From Ignavibacteriota bacterium (GTDB lineage Bacteria > Bacteroidota > Ignavibacteria > UBA10030): DNA of 64,000 bases. Location: the NCBI GenBank assembly GCA_963727825.1, contig CAVSHO010000009.1, positions 352,001-416,000 of the forward strand, in the 5' to 3' direction. Made by a program: the position numbers and the translations under genes. This document shows positions 21,542 through 29,689 of this stretch, in pieces (the stretch's first letter is position 1; the number at the start of each line of letters is the position of its first letter). The notes under the pieces were generated by a model. It was given only the letters and a program-made list of their open reading frames with translations. It was not told the origin of the DNA and ran no database searches.

Positions 21542-21895
21542 TTATATGTAGTGCAAGGATTTAAGTAACTTTAAAATTGGGTTTAGGATGATGCCTAGTA
21601 CTGCTAAAATAAAAAGAATTTTGGCAAGTATTATTCCGTACTTCGACCAGATTTTTTGTTCGCGTTGGAATTGTTCAACACTCTCCCACCGTTTATTCTG
21701 CCAAGCCCATTCATTCCCTCTCATTCCCAGAACAATCATCATTATAAATCCAATAACCGGTATAAAACAAAGGAAAGCAATATAGGTCTTGTTACGAATT
21801 CCCCATATCCAATTCAGGAAGAAGGCACCCCAATTCCATCGGATAATTTCTCGAGGGACATCTGCCGCCTCTCCCTGTCCAGATGTGTTCTCCAT
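21542..21895 (-). CDS. Small membrane protein with WNWGAF motif
   Basis: WNWGAFFLNWIWG...GNEWAW...FQREQKIW; widespread uncharacterised membrane family. Confidence 0.75.
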   Translation of the reverse strand: MENTSGQGEAADVPREIIRWNWGAFFLNWIWGIRNKTYIAFLCFIPVIGFIMMIVLGMRGNEWAWQNKRWESVEQFQREQKIWSKYGIILAKILFILAVLGIILNPILKLLKSLHYI

Positions 21896-22052
21896 AATTA
21901 CATTTCCATTATCGATGCTGTCGGTACATATGTTTCATAACACCTGCAAAGATGTTGTTTATAAAAACTGTTCGTTACTCTCAAGCCGCGGATAAGTTCC
22001 AAAATAAGTGTCGCATTTTATTACGTGCAACGCGGTCTCATTACTTTAACAT

Positions 22053-22673
22053 TTACCTATTTTTCAAGCCTTTTAAAATCGCATATAGGTCCCCATATTT
22101 AATTGGTTTTGTATAATCATTAATAAAGAGTCTGCTGAGAGATCTACGTATATTCTCCGGAAATACATTTATGTTTATTTCTCCGAGAATTCCACCCATT
22201 TCACGCGATGGATCGACGGAATACTGCATTGCCAGTTCATTAAAATTTTTACCTTGTTCAATTACATTATAGATGGAGTCGGCTTCTTCTTCTGTTGTGC
22301 AAAGTATTTCGCCGAGATTCATATACTGTGGACTCGCATAGCGTAAGACAGATTGCATATGAAACCATGAACCGATCGGTTTATTATCCATCCGTGCAGG
22401 AGCAAAACGCCATTGTTTCATCGAGGATAATGTAAGCGAATCCCAAGTAGCATCTTCACTGCCTTTGATCATACGTGCCTTTCCAACGGTTCCATCTTCC
22501 ATCACGAACAATACTACATCAAGATTTAATACGAGTTGTCGTATTGATTCCGGAATTGGAGGCAATTGGGATTGAATTAATAATTGTGGAACCGAGCTAT
22601 CTGAAGTTTGTTTTATAATAGATGAACAACCGATTAAACACACAAGGCACATGGTAAAAAAGATTGGTTTCAT
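22053..22673 (-). CDS. Lipoprotein: TonB C-terminal-like domain fused to parvulin (PPIC) rotamase-like domain
   Basis: Lipobox LIGC; VMEDGTV...QWRFAPA (TonB_C); ILC..EEEA...GKNFNELAMQYSVDPS..GGILG (parvulin). Confidence 0.7.
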   Translation of the reverse strand: MKPIFFTMCLVCLIGCSSIIKQTSDSSVPQLLIQSQLPPIPESIRQLVLNLDVVLFVMEDGTVGKARMIKGSEDATWDSLTLSSMKQWRFAPARMDNKPIGSWFHMQSVLRYASPQYMNLGEILCTTEEEADSIYNVIEQGKNFNELAMQYSVDPSREMGGILGEININVFPENIRRSLSRLFINDYTKPIKYGDLYAILKGLKNR

Positions 22674-22854
22674 AATCCACCTCCTAAAAATGTCAGTGAA
22701 TATCTAAACCTTATTTTACTATACAAGCCTTCCTAAAATACTTAAAAAGATACCAATCGGTTTTCCTTACAATCTCAAGCGGTTTAACACTATTTGACTG
22801 CATACGGATATTCGGAATTATAAGATTCAGGCAGAATGATAAAAAGAACGAGTT

Positions 22855-23244
22855 TTATTCAACGCCAAAGATCGACACGATTGTTGATACAATGATCGTA
22901 ATAAGAAACCAGTAAATGAATACGAAGACCACGATCGCAATAATAAAAATAACGGCATGTTCAATCAATATGCTTTTTAAGTCTTCAAACAATCTCTTTA
23001 TAGATCTAAAAGGCGTTATTAAGCCGATAAGCATCCAAATCGCTATGGAGACAATGAAATAAGTAGAAGATGATGTTTCGAATTCTGTTATATCAACATC
23101 AAGAAATGATATAACAACGTAACCCAATGGAATTAAGACAAAACCAAGTAGGGCACTAAGGAATGTCACAACAGATCTATATAATATAATCCCAAATAAT
23201 TCTTGTTCTGGTTCCTCTAGAGGGTCTTTTGGTATGTCGGACAT
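22855..23244 (-). CDS. Hypothetical membrane protein
   Basis: 129 aa, three hydrophobic segments, AT-rich; no recognisable motif. Confidence 0.55.
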   Translation of the reverse strand: MSDIPKDPLEEPEQELFGIILYRSVVTFLSALLGFVLIPLGYVVISFLDVDITEFETSSSTYFIVSIAIWMLIGLITPFRSIKRLFEDLKSILIEHAVIFIIAIVVFVFIYWFLITIIVSTIVSIFGVE

Positions 23245-23621
23245 ATATATTCCATTCTATAATAGTACTCCTGTGTTTAAGAAATACTGAAACTGATGAA
23301 TGTCTAATAGCATCGGCAAGATTTGATTGACTGTTTCGTGCCGCATGCCGTTTTATTCAAGTGAGGCTTCTTTTATTCGCCCTGATATAGAACCATCCGA
23401 TGAAGCAATCTAAAAAGATACAAGGAACGAAATAAGTATATCCATCTTATCACTTGGATATTTTTAAACTAATGATGAAACAATGTAAAATCAACTTTTT
23501 ATCAATAAAGTTAATTACAAGACTATTCTTTTTTGGGCATTATGCCCACAAGCGATACTGGTAAGAATTATCAGCGTAATCAGCACAATATGCCTAGAAT
23601 TCATCTTAAAAATGATTTTAA

Positions 23622-23765
23622 GTCACGCTGAGCTATGCTGAGCAAAGTCGAAGCACGAAGGGTAACGGAATATATCACTGGTCAGACTTTGACAAGTGGC
23701 GCTTTACGCCATGTTGAAAACGGCGCAGTATGCGACGGCGCCAAAGGCGCTCACTCAGTCTGACA
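23622..23765. repeat. Nested miniature palindromic repeat (GTCAxxCTGAGC...CTCAGxxTGAC type)
   Basis: GTCACGCTGAGC...GTCGAAG arm and CTTTGACAAG...CTCAGTCTGAC arm with an inserted GC-rich hairpin; left end matches 51167. Confidence 0.5.
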
Positions 23766-23788
23766 GCAAGGAGTATTTTTGAGATAGA

Positions 23789-24016
23789 TTATATTTGTCT
23801 TTTTTCGTGGATGGCTGAAATCCGTGGTATATCCTCACTACAACTGAGGCAAGAATATATGACACCAGCCAGTGAATGACTAAGCGAAGTACCAGTTTGT
23901 GTGTGATATAGATAATCAAAATCAGGAGCCATACTGCCGATGACAAGACTTGTCATATCCAAACGTGTTTTTCGGAAGGGAACGACTGCTAATGGATGAG
24001 CAAGAGTAAATGGCAT
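23789..24016 (-). pseudogene. Truncated DUF4184-family membrane protein
   Basis: MPFTLAHPLAVVPF...LVIGSMAPDFDY...SHSLAG is the family N-terminus; the ORF ends after 75 aa, next to a repeat element. Confidence 0.7.
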
Positions 24017-24100
24017 ATTAGAACATGCCTGAAATCAATGTTTATCCGAATTTGCTTTTATTAACTTTATCTTACGCTGAAATGGTAGAAAGCTTTTAGC

Positions 24101-24139
24101 CAAAACACAAACGCCGATGTTGTTTCCAACACCGGCGTT
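24101..24139 (-). terminator. Repeated terminator-like hairpin, copy 1 (after gdhA)
   Basis: Minus strand CGCCGGTG-TTGGAAACAA-CATCGGCG-TTTGTGTTTTG. Confidence 0.75.
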
Positions 24140-24174
24140 AATTTCGGCTATGACCGATGTTACATATTAAAAAT

Positions 24175-25545
<1,371 letters not shown>

Positions 25546-25745
25546 CTAAAATTTTTGATGAAGATATAAAATTATGATGAAAATATTTTGTGGAAGTGTA
25601 TCGCTATTTAATCAAAAACTCAAGCAAAGACCGATAATGATTTTATATAATGGGGAGAGATACTGAAAGTGTGAATTTAGCTGAAAACAAGGGAAAATAT
25701 GCGGTAATTATTTATAAATAAATTAAAATTCTACACAGCGACAGT

Positions 25746-25854
25746 CCTCATGTTGGAAGGGAGTTTCACTCCCGACCTTTGCTTGCTCGGGAGAACATCT
25801 CCCTCGCAACTTTGTTCCAAAACACAAAACGCTGATGATGTTTACACCACCTGC
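25746..25854. repeat. ~110-bp direct repeat A: REP doublet plus degenerate copy 2 of the terminator hairpin
   Basis: GGAAGGGAGTTTCACTCCCGA...TCGGGAGAACATCTCCCTCGCAAC followed by CAAAACACAAAACGCTGATG; nearly identical to 26489-26598. Confidence 0.85.
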
Positions 25855-25877
25855 ACAATAATATCATTCTGGGTTTT

Positions 25878-26464
25878 TTAAAAGAATAGTACATCTTTTG
25901 GGGTTTCTTTGTCAAATGTCCATGTAATGACATTATTGGCAATGTAATCGCGGATGTTATTTAATTCTTTTTCATTGCGGATAATTCGGTCATAATATCT
26001 TGGCTGCCAAAGCGGTGTATCCCCCGCACCGGTTAAATGCATTTCATTGATTCGTTTTGTAACAGCAGATTTGAATGACCTCACAATTGTCGACAATGAA
26101 CCAGGTACTGGTTTCCTGAATTGTTCCAGTAGTAGGGACGCGGCATGCCGTGTCCCTACTGATTCATTCAATATTAATATTCCATGAATATGGTTCGGCA
26201 GCCGGAGGCCTTAGAATGTTGCCCCGCATCGTGGGGCACCTTCTTTTCATATTCATCCAATACAACATTCGAAAAATGCTCCGGAATTCCTTTCCAACAT
26301 CTATTAATAATATTTCCCTCCTCATTCAAATTCATCTTACCGTCTACAATTGCACCAAACCTGTGTTCATGATTTTGTGCACAAATTGTTACAAAATATT
26401 CTCCCGGCTGGGAATAATCAAATCCTTTAAGGCGAATCGTTTTTCTTTTATGCTTTTCTATCAT
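25878..26464 (-). mobile_element. REP-associated tyrosine transposase (RAYT/TnpA-REP, Y1 HUH) pseudogene
   Basis: RKTIRLKGFDYSQPGEYFVTIC, HUH motif PNHIHG (different frame after a ~40-bp insertion), SLSTIVRSFKS, WQPRYYDRIIRNEKEL...YIANN. Confidence 0.85.
26132..26159. repeat. GTAG-type REP palindrome inside the RAYT coding sequence
   Basis: GTAGGGACGCGGCATGCCGTGTCCCTAC. Confidence 0.8.
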
Positions 26465-26488
26465 CAACACGATTTCAAAACACAACCG

Positions 26489-26598
26489 CCTCACGCTGGA
26501 AGGGAGTTTCACTCCCGACCTTTGCTTGCTCGGGAGAACATCTCCCTCGCAACTTTGTTCCAAAACACAAAACGCCGATGATGTTTCCAACACCGGCG
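26489..26598. repeat. ~110-bp direct repeat B: REP doublet plus copy 3 of the terminator hairpin
   Basis: Matches 25746-25854; hairpin at 26561-26598 lies just after the serine hydrolase stop. Confidence 0.85.
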
Positions 26599-26623
26599 GT
26601 TCATGACAGAAAGGGCTTTCTTC

Positions 26624-27991
26624 TTATATTCCAAGCAATCTTCGTATCTGCTTGGTAATTTTTTCGGCGACAGGCGGATCATAATTGCTCAGTACGACTA
26701 TCACATAGTCGGTTCGTTTGTTCCACTCCAGCGCCGCATTGACGCCGGCAGTTCCACCGGCAATTCCCATCCCGTTACGCGCTTCAAATGATTTTGGTGC
26801 AATTGCACTGTTCTGCAGTGCCTTCGTATACAAGAGTAAATCATATGCAGTAGAATATCCTCCACCGGCGGAACTTCCCTTCTGTGGCAGGAGTTCTGTA
26901 TTCCGATGTCGCACGCTATCCTTGCCGTTTCCTGTCGAGTAAGTATATCCGAAAGAACAATTCACCGGAATTGCAGTTCGTTCGTACCAATCAGTATTTG
27001 TCATGCCGGCAGGGATCAATAATTCCTTCTTTATATACTTATAATAATCCATTCCTGTTACGTGTTCGATGATCACCCCAAGAACGATATAACCACCGTT
27101 CGAATAACGGTTTCTTGTCCCGGGTTCAAACTCAAGCGGTTTATCGGCGAACAATGGGAGATAATCCTGTAAACTTCTGATCTTCTCTTTGTGGGCAGCG
27201 ATAAACCGTTCACCAAAGAAATCGCCAATACCGGACCTCATATCGAGCAAGTGTTGTATTGTCACTTTTACCGCAGCATCTTTATTAGGATATTCGGGAA
27301 GAAATTTTTGGATCGGATCGCTAAACTTTAGTTTTCCCTGCTCGGCTAATCTATGAATCGCAAGCGCTGTAAAACTTTTATCCATAGAGCCAATATTGAA
27401 TTTCGTATCGAGGGTATTGAGTATTTTATTTTCCTTATCGGCAAATCCCCATGCATGCTGATAGACTGGCTCGCCGTTTCGTGCGATCAGCACCACACCG
27501 GAAAAATCATCAGATGCCGCAAGCCTGTCGACATACTCTTCGGTCTTTGCTGCCAAATCGATATCGTTCTTTGCCGATTCTACGCTGCTCTCTCCTGTAT
27601 CCTCATCAATTCCGATACCGACGATTCCATGCGGGGCTTCTGGCTCAAACTCAAACGTCATCGCCAGTTTTTTTCCACTTCCATCTACAACAATCGTTTT
27701 CACAAAAGTTTGCTGAACAATGAGTGCTCTTTGGAATGTCAACCCTTTGGTCATAGAATAGAACTGTCTGTAGCGTTCGAGCCGTTGAGCAATAGGGGCT
27801 CCCTTCAAAACATCTGCAGCATAGTGCACAAGGATGAATTCCTTCATCACGGTTGTATCGCCTGAATTGAATGCTTTGAAATATTCCGCTGCCACCTGCC
27901 CTGATGGCGAATCTGACAGCGAAATCTGCTGCTGAGCATGTAGTGGATGAAGAAAGATGAGTAATAAAACCAAAACGGAACCAATGCGCAT
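26624..27991 (-). CDS. Secreted serine hydrolase, beta-lactamase class C/PBP-like family
   Basis: Signal peptide, FNIGSMDK (SxxK), YSN (YxN), FEPG, GGGYSTAYDL. Confidence 0.88.
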   Translation of the reverse strand: MRIGSVLVLLLIFLHPLHAQQQISLSDSPSGQVAAEYFKAFNSGDTTVMKEFILVHYAADVLKGAPIAQRLERYRQFYSMTKGLTFQRALIVQQTFVKTIVVDGSGKKLAMTFEFEPEAPHGIVGIGIDEDTGESSVESAKNDIDLAAKTEEYVDRLAASDDFSGVVLIARNGEPVYQHAWGFADKENKILNTLDTKFNIGSMDKSFTALAIHRLAEQGKLKFSDPIQKFLPEYPNKDAAVKVTIQHLLDMRSGIGDFFGERFIAAHKEKIRSLQDYLPLFADKPLEFEPGTRNRYSNGGYIVLGVIIEHVTGMDYYKYIKKELLIPAGMTNTDWYERTAIPVNCSFGYTYSTGNGKDSVRHRNTELLPQKGSSAGGGYSTAYDLLLYTKALQNSAIAPKSFEARNGMGIAGGTAGVNAALEWNKRTDYVIVVLSNYDPPVAEKITKQIRRLLGI

Positions 27992-28119
27992 AGCGTTACT
28001 CCTTGTTTATAGAAATTGTACGTTTGACGTTGGCTGTAAAAGATTGTTCCGTCCGACCATTGTGCCATACTCTCCCGAGAGTCAAACTGATGCTCCGGAG
28101 TGATAAGGTAAGCCACTTT

Positions 28120-28156
28120 AAAACACAAACGCCGATGATGTTTCCACCACCGGCGC
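28120..28156 (-). terminator. Repeated terminator-like hairpin, copy 4 (after the RT gene)
   Basis: AAAACACAAACGCCGATGATGTTTCCACCACCGGCG on the plus strand. Confidence 0.75.
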
Positions 28157-28198
28157 ATTATAGTATTAAAAGAAGAAATGCTCTTTCATTTTGTAAAA

Positions 28199-29041
28199 TT
28201 AATCCGTGTCTTTTACCATTCTCTTTAGATCATCAGCCTGTTGAGGATTTACATATGCTATATAGTCAATTTTCCCTTTGATCGATTTATAGCTTCCTTT
28301 TAAGTTCTTTTTGTAGTCAACAATTTCATGTTTCACGGCATCAACATAACGTTGATTAACCCTTAGTTTAGGATATACTCCAATTCCCATTATCTCTCTT
28401 GGAGATTTGTTATTAAAGACCTCAAATTCATCAAGTAGAAATCCATGCTGTCTAAATATTTTTACAAATAATCTTTGAAACCCTGCTGGGTCAAAATCTG
28501 ACCCAATCACTAAATTGTCTGCATACAGACCGACTCGGAACGCCTCTTTTCCCGCCAATCCGTCGAGTCGAATTATTACAGGATTTAAAGTAAGTGCAGC
28601 AATTTTTGGACTTGTTGGAAATCCTTGAGGAAGTTCAAAATCAAAGGTTATTATTCTTGTAATTAGTTTTGCTGCAGGATTATCAAAATTCAAACCCATG
28701 AGTGTTTTTGTCACCATTGCAGGATAGATTGTAGGATAAAAATCATCGACATCCGCTGCAATCAAGAACTTCGACTTTGAAAATTGAGAAAGCATTTTGA
28801 TATGATTACATCCAGGTTGTAAAAAAAGGAATTTATGCAAAGTGAATTGGCTTAAGATCATCTTATTTATTTTGCGCAACAGATCTTTTAATTCCTCGTT
28901 TGGACATGTGATATCTCGATATCCTCCACTCTTCTTTGCCTTCTTCCGCTTTTTCACCATATAAGACAGATTGCGTGCAATAAAAGAAAGATACTCTTCT
29001 CTTTTATTAAGACGATTCGCAATCTCCTGGATTAAGATCAT
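28199..29041 (-). CDS. Retron-like reverse transcriptase with non-canonical motifs (start ATG 29041 or TTG 29053)
   Basis: KKSGGYRDITCP (RT1), ADVDDFYPTI (RT3), LPQGFPTSP (RT4), LYADNLVI (RT5), IMG (at the VTG position), C-terminal GKIDYIAYVN; about 280 aa with no maturase, Cas1 or nuclease domain. Confidence 0.85.
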   Translation of the reverse strand: MILIQEIANRLNKREEYLSFIARNLSYMVKKRKKAKKSGGYRDITCPNEELKDLLRKINKMILSQFTLHKFLFLQPGCNHIKMLSQFSKSKFLIAADVDDFYPTIYPAMVTKTLMGLNFDNPAAKLITRIITFDFELPQGFPTSPKIAALTLNPVIIRLDGLAGKEAFRVGLYADNLVIGSDFDPAGFQRLFVKIFRQHGFLLDEFEVFNNKSPREIMGIGVYPKLRVNQRYVDAVKHEIVDYKKNLKGSYKSIKGKIDYIAYVNPQQADDLKRMVKDTD

Positions 29042-29053
29042 TGAGGTGAACAA

Positions 29054-29296
29054 TTAATAAGATTGAATAAGTAGTGTTCGTTGGGGTTCTAAATAAGTTT
29101 TGTGGGAGAAGCTCACGATGATCGAGATTAACTTAGCAATAAATTCTAAAACTCTTAACAAAAAACCCAAAGGTTTTTCATTCCGATTTAAGAATTTAAC
29201 AAACTTACTTTTCTTTCTCGAATATCTATAAAGCTTCTCCCTTCTCCTGATTCGATTATAACATCGAATTAAGCGAAGTACAAGCTTCCTTTTCAT
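29054..29296 (-). CDS. Small basic protein with hydrophobic/amphipathic helix, candidate RT-associated effector
   Basis: Strong AGGAGG Shine-Dalgarno upstream of the ATG; K/R-rich N-half; LGFLLRVLEFIAKLISIIVSF helix; in frame with the RT. Confidence 0.65.
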   Translation of the reverse strand: MKRKLVLRLIRCYNRIRRREKLYRYSRKKSKFVKFLNRNEKPLGFLLRVLEFIAKLISIIVSFSHKTYLEPQRTLLIQSY

Positions 29297-29581
29297 GTTC
29301 TTTTCCTCCTTTCTAATCGTTTAGTGGAACATATCATTATGAATCGATGATTAGTCGCCACAATGCCTGTACTTTCAAAACTTGAAAAAAAACGCATAGA
29401 GCGTTTCGTTTTATCCATGCATTGCACTGTATAAATTTCTGCAATTGCATAATTGTCTAATAAACAGATATATATTCTCCTATTTATTAGAAATTCTCAG
29501 ATTGGTTTGAACACATATACCCAAATCAACCGAGATACGGCTAGTTTCGCCGGGAAAAGAGGCTAACCTTAGAACATGAAA
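29291..29581 (-). ncRNA. Putative RT-associated structured ncRNA (msr-msd-like)
   Basis: Perfect 11-bp terminal inverted repeat TTTCATGTTCT/AGAACATGAAA enclosing hairpins at 29539-29568, 29495-29535, 29456-29491, 29417-29450, 29390-29406 and 29313-29354. G-U pairs in the first three favour the minus strand. Confidence 0.7.
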
Positions 29582-29689
29582 TTTCAAAGAACATCTAACA
29601 ACTAAAACAAAAAACATTTCTTAAAAAATATTATCAAGAAAAACCGTTCGTGTTTCCATCCCACCAAACAACGTCGGGACGTCAGCATA

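Noticed and set aside
28199-29053. RT as a group II intron, DGR or CRISPR-associated RT
   Set aside because: It is too short and lacks a maturase domain; I see no intron domain V, no TR/VR repeat pair and no cas1.
29640-29680. Fifth copy of the array hairpin after nrdJ
   Set aside because: Only a short GTTTCCA..CACC similarity, and the stem is absent.
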